Assembly (NCBI GenBank): GCA_963765495.1
Contig: CAVXWP010000006.1
Location: 64,001-128,000 of the forward strand
DNA length: 64,000 nt
Direction: 5' to 3'
From: Blastocatellia bacterium
GTDB lineage: Bacteria; Acidobacteriota; Blastocatellia; UBA7656
In this document: positions 12,451-22,428 of the stretch, one piece after another
Numbering within the stretch: the first letter of the stretch is position 1
Layout: each line of letters starts with the position of its first letter
Notes under the pieces: generated by a model
The model's input: the letters and a program-made list of their open reading frames with translations, nothing else
Databases searched by the model: none
Told to the model about the DNA's origin: nothing
Position numbers and translations under genes: made by a program

Positions 12451-12737
12451 AACTCTCAAATTCGGTGAGGCAGGAAGCCACAAAAAATGGAACGCTCAAT
12501 TTATACGTGGCGATCCCGTGAAGGAAAGAAGCAATTATTTCTTTACTTAAACGAGCGGAAATATCTGCAAATCAAAAGTGGAATTTATACCCATCGCAAG
12601 GTTTGACCTGTGACAGAAAGGGACTAGCTATGTTATTGATAAGACACGGGTTAGGTGTTACTTTTTGCGGCAAAGTACGGAAGCTGTTATTAGCCATTTT
12701 GACAGATTTACAGGTGTAACCGTTCAGGTTGAGACAA

Positions 12738-13660
12738 TTATTGCCCTGTCGCATCTTCACGCGCATACAGGATGAGCTTTACGCCGGGTCGCAATCGGCA
12801 CGTTTTGATTTGTCGGTAACGGGTGCCGAATGATGATTGAATCTCTTCTTCCTGAGCTTCGGATGCAATTATGATCGAGTCGTTCAACTCGACTACGCGC
12901 CCATAATATCCGACGTGGTTGTAATCGCGCAGATACCAGGGCAGGGGCCAGTATTCCGGCGATGTGACGGCGATTGTTGTATCCAGACCTGTCACGGTAT
13001 TTTTTGCAATGCGGTTGATATCGCGGGTTTGCTTCGCGAGGTTTGCTCTATCTGAGACCTGTCACGGGGTCTGGTCTTTCTGATTTTCACGAACAAGGCA
13101 GTGGCAAAAAAAGCTGTGACCAGCACCCCCACAGACAACCCGGCCGTCTCTTTTGTCGCAAAAAGAAGGGCAGCCGAAGCCGAGGCCGCAAACAGATAAA
13201 CCGCTTTTGACGTGTCGCAGTATCTCAACATTGCGACGATAAAACCAAGCGTGAAAAAGACAAATAACGATTCGTGTATAAAGTAGCGGGACATATAGAC
13301 AGCGCCGGGCGATACGGCCACGAGCGCGGCAGATGCGAGCGCGCCGATTGAACCCGTGTAGCGCCGCAGGCAAAGGATCAGCCAGATCGTGCCTATGCCA
13401 AACAACACCGTGACCAGGCGAAGCGCGAAAGTATTCAATCCGAATAGATAAGAAATAGGCAGGGCAAAATAATAAAGCGAAGGACCGTGATAGTTGGCCG
13501 GGTCGTACTGGTAAAAGCCTTCGCGGAACAGCCTCAGAATAAAAAATCCGTTTACGCCTTCGTCCTGATGCAGGGGATTTAGCTGAAGTTCATAAAGCCG
13601 CAGAAGCGCCCCCTCGATCAATATCGCTGCGCTTGCCACCCGCCATACGCTTTCCGACAT
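12738..13660 (-). pseudogene. GT-C/PMT-like membrane glycosyltransferase (TIGR03663-like) with an out-of-frame internal deletion near 13025
   Basis: N-part: PLHQDEGVN, YDPANYHGPSLYY, SRYFIHE, ATKE. C-part in another frame: DINRIAKNTVTGLDTTIAVTSPEYWPLPWYLRDY. Start uncertain. Confidence 0.75.
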
Positions 13661-13736
13661 TTCGAGTGCGCCGCCCGCTTCTGCATCAGAATTCTTCGGG
13701 TCGTTTCCGTAAGCGCCCTGTCTTGCGTCCGAATCC

Positions 13737-15650
13737 TCAGCGCCGGGTGATTTCGTAGAGGGTATACTCACCAGCTTCTCCGATTTTTTTATAGCGCTCA
13801 AAGAATGAATCGCTCACATTCATCAGATTGCGTTCGAGCGGGCTCACGACTACTTATTCGACGCCGTAGTCCGACATCAGCATCTCGGCATCGGACGCGC
13901 CCGCGTATATGTTTTTGATTTCGGCCTCTCGTTTGGCGTAATCAAGCCCGTGCGTCCAGATATGACCAGGATAGCCCATAAGCGAGCGCCTGCCGGTCAA
14001 AAATACCGGGCTGTTAAATGTTGCTGCGTGCAGGATGAGGGTGCGCGGGCGGGTATTATTCATAATCATTCCGGCAAATTCGACCCCTTCGCTGTCGAAC
14101 TCTCTGTAGCGGGATGCGCCTGAAATGATTCGCCAGATATCGAGGCTCCCGGCCAGCACAAGCGAGACGAAGATCGCCACGGCAAGGTAGCGGCTCGATT
14201 TTTGCCGCCTCCATAAACGAGCAAGCATCAAAGCCACGAGCGGCACAGAGGCGATATACCAGTAGACCAGGATTTTGATATTATCCCAAATCCAGGGAGC
14301 CGCCCTGAACAGATTCGCCGCGATAAAACACAACGTAAACGGAATATAGAATACGAGCAATTTGTTGTTCACAACGCGCTTTTTGCCGGGCCAAAAAATT
14401 GCCGCCACAATGAGCGGTATGAGCAAGCCGGTATTCTTGAACCAGAAAAGAAAGATGTTCTCTTTGCCGCTATCGAATCCCGGTTGCCACCCTAAAAAGC
14501 TCGCGGCCGTATCCATCCTGCCCTCAACCATCCAGAAAAGCTGTGGCGCGGCAACGACCAGGGCAGCGGCAAAAAAGCAGGCCCACGCGCGCCACTTTCT
14601 TCTGAGCAGCATAAGACAAAAACCGGTTGTCATAACCACAAGGAATGTGTGCGTATGTATGAGCGGCAAAAGCCCCGCAATCAGCCCGGCTGTCGTCATC
14701 CGCCTTGATTGGGCTTCCTCGTCATCTGCAATCCACCACTGGGTGAAAATGACGATGGCGAGCGGGAGCCCGAGCAGAAGGCTCCGTTGAGGGACCAGCA
14801 GCGCCGTCAGGATATTGCCCATGCGCCATGCGCTGTCGGGCAGGATCGTGTAATCGTGCGGCAACCGTTCAAGCAATCTGAAGATGCCCGTTTCGGTTTG
14901 GTGAGCGTCTTTAAATAAAAGCCACCAGCCCAGGCCGCCGCTCAAAAACAGAAGCGCAGGCGAGACAAGCGCCGCTATTCGATCTCTGGTCACGATGAGC
15001 GCCCAGCGGTGAAAAAGGCCGACCAGCGCAAGCGCGAGCGCGATATTTTCGAGAAATACAGCACGGCGGAGGCTCGCGCCGTATCGGACGAACACGGCGG
15101 CCACAAGGTCTGCGAGGAAAGGATAGACGAATCGAACACGGGCAAACGTGGGGTCTTCGGGCGGTATGTTCTCGCCGTAAGCAAATCTGGTAATCACGCT
15201 TATGTGAAAGGGCAGATCGCCATAGTTTGTGGTCACGCCCGTATAGATGCCGTCACTCGTTTCAAACATCGCGCGATCAAAGACCAGCCACAGCACAAGC
15301 CCGGCAAGTAAATAAAAGATCAGATAAGCCGCGTGGCGGCGCGCGGGTCGTTTTGCAACTGCCGCTAGCGTCGCTATCATCGCCTTTATATCGGCTCGCG
15401 CCCGCTCTTTGTGCGCTCGATCAAAGAGCAGCAAGGTTGGGGAAGCTGTTATAGCTCCCGCGAGAAAGATGACACCCGTGGAAAAGCCGAAAAGGAAAGC
15501 CAGTATGAATACTGAGAAGCCGAGAAGCGCCAGCCCCAGACAGGTTCCCGCGCAGAGTCGCGCGGCGAAATGCGATTCCGCATCGTAGAGATAGGTGAGC
15601 GCGGCCCCACCCGTGATCGTAATCAACTCAAGAGTCAGCGCGAAAAGCAT
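13737..15650 (-). pseudogene. Polytopic membrane protein, probable GT-C glycosyltransferase, with a premature TAA at 13856-13854
   Basis: NYGDLPFH, YPFLAD, PQRS, LLPLIHTHT, PWIWDNIK, LTGRRSLMGYPGHIWTHG. The frame continues past the stop: DYGVE*VVVSPLER...GEYTLYEITRR-TGA (13737). Confidence 0.75.
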
Positions 15651-15696
15651 CGCGAAAATTATAAGTTCAGGGTTGATGATTTGCGATACAAAGATT

Positions 15697-15731
15697 AAGG
15701 CACCAGAGACTTGGTTTTGCCCTGGTGCCTT
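15697..15731. terminator. Hairpin downstream of pilX (cassette A), probable terminator
   Basis: aaggcaccag ... ctggtgcctt 10-bp stem; weak U-tract on the minus strand. Confidence 0.5.
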
Positions 15732-15778
15732 TCTGCTCAGGCGGGAAGTTTGTCTGTTCGGCTTTTGGCGGTCTCGTT

Positions 15779-17797
15779 TTAGTTGTTTGGGCGATACCAG
15801 GAGATACCCGTAGCCGTGGGCGAGGCCACGCTGGCGATAGCCGTTTCAGTTGACCCGCTGTTATCTTCGCCCAGGCTGTAAACTGTGCCCGGAAAGAAAG
15901 GCGGGCCGAAGCTGCCGCCGGAAAAGCGCACGTCATAGAATATGTCACGGTTGGTGTATGCAATGTTGTTTATCTTGGCCTGTACGCGGCTCCCAACCAG
16001 CTTCCAACGGTCGTTGCTTCCGGGTGAGCTGCTTCCGGTATAGACGATTGAGCCTTCGATCTGGCCTCCGTCATTAGATATGTTCTTGTTGAAGGTAGCG
16101 ATTGCCGCGTTGATTTCAAGGTTGAGGCCGCTTGAGACGTAACTCGAATTCGGAGAAAGATTCACATTGCCGTCGTTGGTGAATATTCCAAGCACGTTTT
16201 GAATCGAGTTCAGATTCGACACGGGTGTCCCGTCAGAGTTGGCAACCGCGTCCTGGTATTTTATGTCGCCCGTGATTGTTATGTCTCGTTGCGCGGTGAC
16301 GGTCAATCTGGTTCCGGCAGCCAGCGCGGGCTTGACCGAGCCGTTATTTGTACCGCCGCGCAGGCTATTGATTGCGCCGTTTACAAACAGCGATACGGCA
16401 GGCTTCGGAGACTGCGATTTGAACCTGTCGGTCGGCACTCCGGTGAATGTCCTCGTATTACTGCCCGTTGTGATGGTTGTTGTGTTGGCAGACGGGTTTA
16501 CCGTGATGGTGGTTTTGGTGCTGCCTTGTTTGATTATGTATTCTTGATTGCCCCCATTGGAAATAAGCTGAATATCGTCTGCGTTGCCCTGCACATAAAT
16601 TCCCGCTCCTGAAATCGAAACGCCATCACCGGAAGGGACATAGACGCCGTTATTGAGGAGTGCCCCGATCAGGCCGGGCTTGTTGTTTGATGCATCGCGC
16701 AGGTTGGCCGAAAGCGTCTGAGAGGCAACGCGCCCGAGCGAGTCGAACACAGGAAGCAGGTTGCCCAGCAGGTCCTTAGGTATGACGGCGGGCGGGTCAA
16801 CGGGCGTGCCGTCAGGATTCTTGTCGAGTATTCCCGTCCCGTTTATTACGGCGTACTCCTGCGAGTAGTTGTTATCGGGGAGCGGCACCTGAGCCACTTT
16901 CTTGTAGCCTTCCGAGCTTATGTCTATACCCGTGATGCTATTACCTGGTATGTTCTGGTGCCCGTTGTTGAAGTCACTGCTGTCATATCGAATATAATCG
17001 TCCACTTGTGACACCCTGTTGCGAAAAGAGACGGTCCGGCTCGATGCGAAAGCAAAGTGGGTGTTGGTGTGGACAATGCCTGTAAAAGTCCCTCCGGCAA
17101 GAGCCGCGTTTGATATCGTATCTCCATTGTCGAAGAATGCTCCAAAGCCCGAAAAGCTGAAGGTGCGGTCTGTGCCCGAAGAGGAACCACCCGTCAGGTT
17201 GATGTTGGTTGATATTCGCCCGGTCTCGGCGACCGTCGCCTTGCCGCCCGCTTCCGTGGTGCCGGTGACCTGAAACGAATAGCGCAATACATCGGTCTCG
17301 GTGGCCTTGGTCGAAGATGTCTTTACGACGCTGACCGTGCCTGAGAATTTGCCGTACTGCACGGTGAAGGCCGAGCCGTTGATGTCCTTGAGTTTTATCT
17401 TTCGCGCCTCGATCTGCGCCAACTGATTGGCCCGCGCATAGACGTTTGTGTAAAAGACATTGTTCGGGTCTGCAACCGGATCGGGCAGCACCTGTATATC
17501 GGGAAAAGTGCCCTTGCGATAAAACCCGCCAGTCCCGTATGTGGCCGTGCCGTCCTTTATCTTTGCGATCTCTTCTTCGAGCGCCTGCGCAAGGGCGCGC
17601 CGCGCTACGGCAGACCCGGCGTCGGCCGTGAAGAATGCCTGTTCGCCTACACGCTGGCTCTTGGTGATGACCGTGTCTGTCGTCGCAGAAAAGACTACAG
17701 CCATACCGAGCGCCAGCAGGATGGTCGAAACCAGCAATGTTGTGATGAGCGCGATACCGCGTTCATTCTTCTCCTGTTCGTTTCTCTTCTTAATCAT
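15779..17797 (-). CDS. pilX: Large PilX-family minor pilin, cassette A (672 aa)
   Basis: Class III signal ERG|IALITTLL without Glu5, QAFFTADAG PilX_N motif, long beta-rich C-terminal region (GIVHTNTHF), ends SWYRPNN. Confidence 0.8.
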   Translation of the reverse strand: MIKKRNEQEKNERGIALITTLLVSTILLALGMAVVFSATTDTVITKSQRVGEQAFFTADAGSAVARRALAQALEEEIAKIKDGTATYGTGGFYRKGTFPDIQVLPDPVADPNNVFYTNVYARANQLAQIEARKIKLKDINGSAFTVQYGKFSGTVSVVKTSSTKATETDVLRYSFQVTGTTEAGGKATVAETGRISTNINLTGGSSSGTDRTFSFSGFGAFFDNGDTISNAALAGGTFTGIVHTNTHFAFASSRTVSFRNRVSQVDDYIRYDSSDFNNGHQNIPGNSITGIDISSEGYKKVAQVPLPDNNYSQEYAVINGTGILDKNPDGTPVDPPAVIPKDLLGNLLPVFDSLGRVASQTLSANLRDASNNKPGLIGALLNNGVYVPSGDGVSISGAGIYVQGNADDIQLISNGGNQEYIIKQGSTKTTITVNPSANTTTITTGSNTRTFTGVPTDRFKSQSPKPAVSLFVNGAINSLRGGTNNGSVKPALAAGTRLTVTAQRDITITGDIKYQDAVANSDGTPVSNLNSIQNVLGIFTNDGNVNLSPNSSYVSSGLNLEINAAIATFNKNISNDGGQIEGSIVYTGSSSPGSNDRWKLVGSRVQAKINNIAYTNRDIFYDVRFSGGSFGPPFFPGTVYSLGEDNSGSTETAIASVASPTATGISWYRPNN

Positions 17798-17808
17798 AAC
17801 GGCCTCTC

Positions 17809-18861
17809 TTAGGAACTGAGATTGTTGTTGCGCGAGAGATTGAAATTGCGCGGCGTGATTTCAAACTTTTGAACGACACGTCTGTAGCTCTTGCTTGTCG
17901 TGGGCGTACCGGGCGTCTCTGCTTCTATAGTTATAATGGCCGAGTGAATGTCCCTGCGCGAGGTCAGCTTGCCCGACGCGACCGCGTCAGTGCCGTTACC
18001 GGGAGTTGAGGTGATTCGCTCTTCGATGGTGCCGGATGCGTTTTTTAACAAGACGCGGTACTGCACCTGGAAATTCAGGATGCCTCGCGCTACTGGATAC
18101 CATGTCGTCAAATCTTCGGTTCGCTCAAGCTCGTGCGTGGTTGTGTTGACCCTGTAGCAAACTGTGTTTGTAAGCAGCGTCAAGTAAGAATTTCCATAAA
18201 TGGGTTCTCCCGTATCAAACGACGCGCCGAAAACCGAAGCCGGGCTCAGCACGGTGGCCGGATCGTATTGCAGCTTGATCTGCTCGGCGCCGTCAACGGT
18301 GACGGTCGCCCCGTTTTGCTTCAGTGTGACGATCCTGGCGCGCAGATCGTCATAAACTATGTATTTTCGTGGATCGGTTGCATAGCTCTTGTAGATCGAC
18401 TTTTGCTGAGCAGTGCCGCCGACCTCCGTATAGCTGTAAGTAAATTGCTCGTTTGATCCCGAGCCGCTTCTTGCCACATCCGGGGGCACTACGAGAAATA
18501 ACTCACTCGCACCACTATTTTGATTCTTCACATTTGTGTAAGGAGCGAACGGGTCTCCGTTGATTATCATTATCGAATCGGGCGCTCCTCCCTGCCCGTC
18601 TATATAGAAGATTGCCGCAAAGCTTCCCACATCCACGCCCATGGGGCTGGGCAGCCCTACGCCTGCCGATTGAATATCGCGCGTGAGCAGGTCAATTGCC
18701 GTGCGAACGCTTTGATTCATATCAACCACGGAGGACTCGGTAACAAAGACCTGCTGGTTGCGATTGGTAAGCGAAAACACCGCTCCAAGCAAGCCCACTG
18801 TCAGCAAGGCAGCCACTGTCAATTCGAGCAGCGAGAAACCGCTTTCACTATTGCTTTTCAT
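17809..18861 (-). CDS. pilW: PilW-family minor pilin, cassette A
   Basis: ESG|FSLLELTVA, MNQSVRTAIDLLTRDIQSAG, C-terminal ITPRN; RBS GGAGGT before ATG 18861. Confidence 0.82.
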   Translation of the reverse strand: MKSNSESGFSLLELTVAALLTVGLLGAVFSLTNRNQQVFVTESSVVDMNQSVRTAIDLLTRDIQSAGVGLPSPMGVDVGSFAAIFYIDGQGGAPDSIMIINGDPFAPYTNVKNQNSGASELFLVVPPDVARSGSGSNEQFTYSYTEVGGTAQQKSIYKSYATDPRKYIVYDDLRARIVTLKQNGATVTVDGAEQIKLQYDPATVLSPASVFGASFDTGEPIYGNSYLTLLTNTVCYRVNTTTHELERTEDLTTWYPVARGILNFQVQYRVLLKNASGTIEERITSTPGNGTDAVASGKLTSRRDIHSAIITIEAETPGTPTTSKSYRRVVQKFEITPRNFNLSRNNNLSS

Positions 18862-18880
18862 TATCCCGACCTCCATCCGA

Positions 18881-19360
18881 TTAGCTTGATCGCACCGTCA
18901 CAAGCGTTGTCTCTTCGGCCTTTCCGGCATTGCGCCCGGCCTGCAATGCCGCAACCCGTACCGAGATTATTATGGTGTTGTTCAAATCCGTATCGGTCTC
19001 TATCTTCCAGTAGCGGCGATAGAAGGGCTGATCGCCCGTCTGTATGGGAGTGAGCTTGATCTCTCCCGTCTTTTCATTGACATATATGTCTTCGTAATAT
19101 GGAACCGTGCCGACTTTAACCTGGCTCTTGAGGTCGCCACCGAGTTTGAGCCGATTGTTGCTGAACTCTACCGAGGTCAACTCTTCGATCTTCTCCTGCG
19201 CGAGAGCCGTTGTTGCCGTAAACTGTTTAACAACACGGTTCTGGGAGATGGCGAGTGTAAACAACCCCGCCAGAAATATAAGGCCAATCATTGATATGAC
19301 CGAAGCTACCGCCACCTCGATTACTGTGAATCCGCTTTGATTATTTTCACATCTCTTCAT
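18881..19360 (-). CDS. pilV: PilV-family minor pilin, cassette A
   Basis: QSG|FTVIEVAVA, ALAQEKIEEL, YRRYWKI, IIISVRV. Confidence 0.82.
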   Translation of the reverse strand: MKRCENNQSGFTVIEVAVASVISMIGLIFLAGLFTLAISQNRVVKQFTATTALAQEKIEELTSVEFSNNRLKLGGDLKSQVKVGTVPYYEDIYVNEKTGEIKLTPIQTGDQPFYRRYWKIETDTDLNNTIIISVRVAALQAGRNAGKAEETTLVTVRSS

Positions 19361-19410
19361 AATCGGTCTCCGATTCTGCGCTCAAAGTAGCTTGATGCAT
19401 GCTCTGAACC

Positions 19411-19980
19411 TCAAAACTGAGCATTTACCCATGCACCCTTTTCCAGGCGATAGGTGGTGATTCCGCCTACGCTCGTAATCGTGATGGCTTCATATGATTT
19501 GCTGTTGCCGAAGAAGATCGAAACTACATCAGGTCCCGAAGCCACCACGGGAAAACCGCGCGAGGTGAAATCCTGCATGTAGTATCCGTTTTTAAGAGAG
19601 AAGGAGACTAGGCCTGTAGTTGTTACGCCTGGCGGCACAGCGCTTACGCCCGCCGGTTTTTGAAACGTGATTCCCTGGGGCAGAGGGATGAACTCAATGT
19701 GGTCCACGGTTGTGCCGTCATCTTTGTAGATGACAAGTCCAGCCCGGTTGCCGGTAATATCGACGGCAATGGATGTTTTCTTATTATCTGAAACGGCGCT
19801 CATCTTGGCGCGATTTATCAACCCCACCATCTGACGCGCGGCTATGTTGAGCCTGTACTCGCGCATCGCGGCTGTTATCTTGGGGGTGGCAAAGGCCAGC
19901 AAAACGCCTACCAGCATCACAACAACCGCGATCTCAAGCGCCGTAAAACCCCGCTCCTTTTTCACGATCCTTTCGAGCAT
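19411..19980 (-). CDS. fimT: FimT/FimU (GspH-like) minor pilin, cassette A
   Basis: ERG|FTALEIAVV...FATP, YRLNIAARQMVGLINRAKMSA, FTSRG, ITITSVGG. Start 19980 preferred given the promoter position. Confidence 0.82.
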   Translation of the reverse strand: MLERIVKKERGFTALEIAVVVMLVGVLLAFATPKITAAMREYRLNIAARQMVGLINRAKMSAVSDNKKTSIAVDITGNRAGLVIYKDDGTTVDHIEFIPLPQGITFQKPAGVSAVPPGVTTTGLVSFSLKNGYYMQDFTSRGFPVVASGPDVVSIFFGNSKSYEAITITSVGGITTYRLEKGAWVNAQF

Positions 19981-20060
19981 TTTTCTATCTCGCGATCCTT
20001 TTTGCTCAACAGCAAGTGTCCTGTTCTCTTCTTTTGAAGGATTGATCATAGCTGTTCGTT

Positions 20061-20076
20061 TGCAACGGCAATGCCA
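20061..20076 (-). promoter_or_regulatory. Sigma-54 (-24/-12) promoter of cassette A
   Basis: Minus strand TGGCATTGCCGTTGCA: GG-N10-GC with TGGCA and TTGC consensus, correctly oriented upstream of fimT. Confidence 0.75.
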
Positions 20077-20293
20077 GATGAAAATGATGACAAATCTGAG
20101 AAAAATGAGGGAAAGTATGACCCGGAAGGGTTATCGCTGTGACGGTCTTTAAAATCAAAGTGACGGAATCAATTCAATCTGACCTATGGTATTTCAATGT
20201 CAGATGATGCATGAAACCGGGCAGGGAATTTTCGCGAGCCTCCGTTTTCAAGAAAGGCCGGGCGTGCTTGAGCAGATCGCAACAGGTAAAGTT

Positions 20294-20342
20294 GCCACGA
20301 ATGAAAGCGAATCCTCAGCAAGAATTTGTCTTCATTCGTGGC
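20294..20342. repeat. Palindrome just downstream of pilX (cassette B); possible terminator separating the cassettes
   Basis: gccacgaatgaa ... ttcattcgtggc 12-bp perfect arms. Confidence 0.7.
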
Positions 20343-20360
20343 TTCTCTGGATAACCCGTC

Positions 20361-22418
20361 TTAATAGTTTTCCCGCTTCCATGACCTTGCGGTAGTCGCG
20401 GGAGCGGCTATGTTGCTTACCTGTACTACGTTGGCTACAGGAGGCGACCCCAGACTGTAATTTGTGCCGGGGAAGAAAGGCGGCCTGAATGTGCCTCCTG
20501 AAAACCGCACATCGAAATAGGTGTCTCCGTTGTAGTAATCAACCAGGCTGTTGTTTTTCTCTACGTCACTGCCTACAAGCCTTATTCGATCACTTGAGCT
20601 TGGAGTCGAATGCCCCGAGCCGTACCAGGTTGTGATACCGCCTTCCTGCCCGGTCTTGGGTGCCTGACTGTCGTTTGAGGTGTCGCTGTTGAAAACGGCG
20701 TTCGCCGCGTCAATCTCGATGCTCAGACCCGAAGAGACGTAATTCGTTTTCGCGTCGAGATATATGTTGCCGTCATTTGTGAAGAGCCCGAGCACGTTAC
20801 TCACCGAACTGATATTTGAAACGGGGGTGCCGTCGGAATTTACCACCGGGTCGGCGTACTTCAGATCGCCCGTGACCTTTATGCTTCGCTGGGCGGTAAT
20901 GGTCAGCGCCGTCTGTGATGCGATTGCCGCTCTGTTATTCGAACTATCCTTACCGCCGCGCAGACTCGTGATGCCGCCGTTTACATAAAGCGACGCGCCC
21001 GATCTCGGGTTGTTGGGGTCCTGTCTATCCATCGGCACTCCCGTATAAGTCCTGGAAGTAGCCCCCGAAGAGATCGTCGTCGTGTTGGCACTGTAATTTA
21101 CGCGGATCGTTGTGGTCGTGCTGCCCTGCGTGACGACATAGACCTGATCGGCCTGGCTCGCCGGGCCGCCCTTGTTGTCGGCATAGAGTTGAACGTCATC
21201 GGCGGTTCCCTGTACATAAATCCCCGCGCCTGTGATTGTGCTGCCGTCGCCTGATGAAATATAGACTCCCTGCGCGAGCGACCCTCCCGACACCGCCGGA
21301 GAGGTATTGGCCACGCTGCGGAGATTGGCCGCGAGCGCCTCGGCAGTCACCCGGCCCGAAGCGCCGAAGATCGGCAGTGGGTTGCCCGAACCGTCTTTCG
21401 GCATTACGGCCGGAGGATCAACGGGTGTGCCGTCCGGGTATGTGTCTACTATCCCGGTCGCGTTTATCACGGCGTACTCTTGCGAGAACTCGTTTGTGGG
21501 AAGAGGCACTTTGCTGGTTTGCTTGTAGCCTTCGGAACTGAGGTGTATGCCGTAATAATCGCTCTGCGGTATGGCCACCATGCCCCGCTGGTAATCGCGT
21601 ATATTGGGATCAACCTGAGATATGATGTTGCGAAAGTTATATTGCCAGGGCGTATAGAATGCGAAATGCGTATTTGTATGTACGGGTCCGCTGAAGGTGC
21701 CCGGAACCAGCACATATTCGGGATGATTCGGGTCGTCGCCTACATCAAAGAATGCACCGAAACCCGAAAAGCTGAAGTCGCGAGGGCCGCCCGAAGGCGG
21801 GCCGTTTGTAAGAGTAACGACTGCCGAAATGCGGCCCGTCTCATCTACTGTCGCGCTGCCGCCCGCCGTGGTCGTCCCGACTACCTGAAGCGAATAGGCA
21901 AAGACAATCGACTGAACGGCCAGATTCTGGCTCGATTTCTGGAGACCGGGTTGCGTACCGGCGAGCGGGCTGAAATTCACCTGAAAGCTTGAGCCGTTAA
22001 GCTGATCGAATAATTGATCGCGCGCCTGGTCTCTGATAAGCGCCTCGGCGCGCGCCTTGACCCGCGCATAAAAGGGGATATTCCATGTCCCATCTGGATT
22101 CGGGATCACCTGAACATCCGGGAACTGATTCGCCCCTGCCGATGTGGGGCCCGAGTAGAAGCCCGTCTCGCCGGTCTGTATCTTGTTAAGCTCTTCTCCA
22201 AACGCCTGCGCAAGCGCGCGTCGGGCAATGCCTATCCCGGCATCGGCTATGAAGAATGCCTGCTCGCCAACCCTCTGGCTCTTGGTCGTCACCGTGTCGG
22301 TTGTTGCCGAAAAGACTATGGCCATCCCCAGCGCCAGCAGTATCGCCATAGTCAGCAGGGCGGTGATGAGCGCCATACCGCGCTCGCTTGCTTTCGTATT
22401 GCTCGCTTGCCTTTTCAT
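20361..22418 (-). CDS. pilX: Large PilX-family minor pilin, cassette B (685 aa)
   Basis: ERG|MALITALL without Glu5; shares FSFSGFGAFFD, SQEYAVIN, DGTPVDPPAV, GAGIYVQG and PPFFPGT blocks with cassette A PilX. Confidence 0.8.
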   Translation of the reverse strand: MKRQASNTKASERGMALITALLTMAILLALGMAIVFSATTDTVTTKSQRVGEQAFFIADAGIGIARRALAQAFGEELNKIQTGETGFYSGPTSAGANQFPDVQVIPNPDGTWNIPFYARVKARAEALIRDQARDQLFDQLNGSSFQVNFSPLAGTQPGLQKSSQNLAVQSIVFAYSLQVVGTTTAGGSATVDETGRISAVVTLTNGPPSGGPRDFSFSGFGAFFDVGDDPNHPEYVLVPGTFSGPVHTNTHFAFYTPWQYNFRNIISQVDPNIRDYQRGMVAIPQSDYYGIHLSSEGYKQTSKVPLPTNEFSQEYAVINATGIVDTYPDGTPVDPPAVMPKDGSGNPLPIFGASGRVTAEALAANLRSVANTSPAVSGGSLAQGVYISSGDGSTITGAGIYVQGTADDVQLYADNKGGPASQADQVYVVTQGSTTTTIRVNYSANTTTISSGATSRTYTGVPMDRQDPNNPRSGASLYVNGGITSLRGGKDSSNNRAAIASQTALTITAQRSIKVTGDLKYADPVVNSDGTPVSNISSVSNVLGLFTNDGNIYLDAKTNYVSSGLSIEIDAANAVFNSDTSNDSQAPKTGQEGGITTWYGSGHSTPSSSDRIRLVGSDVEKNNSLVDYYNGDTYFDVRFSGGTFRPPFFPGTNYSLGSPPVANVVQVSNIAAPATTARSWKRENY

Positions 22419-22428
22419 GATGCCTCCC

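Noticed and set aside
13854-13856. Stop-codon reassignment (TAA read as an amino acid)
   Set aside because: Intact genes end normally at TAA (e.g. 33820, 38760, 51784, 61279), so an isolated point change is simpler.
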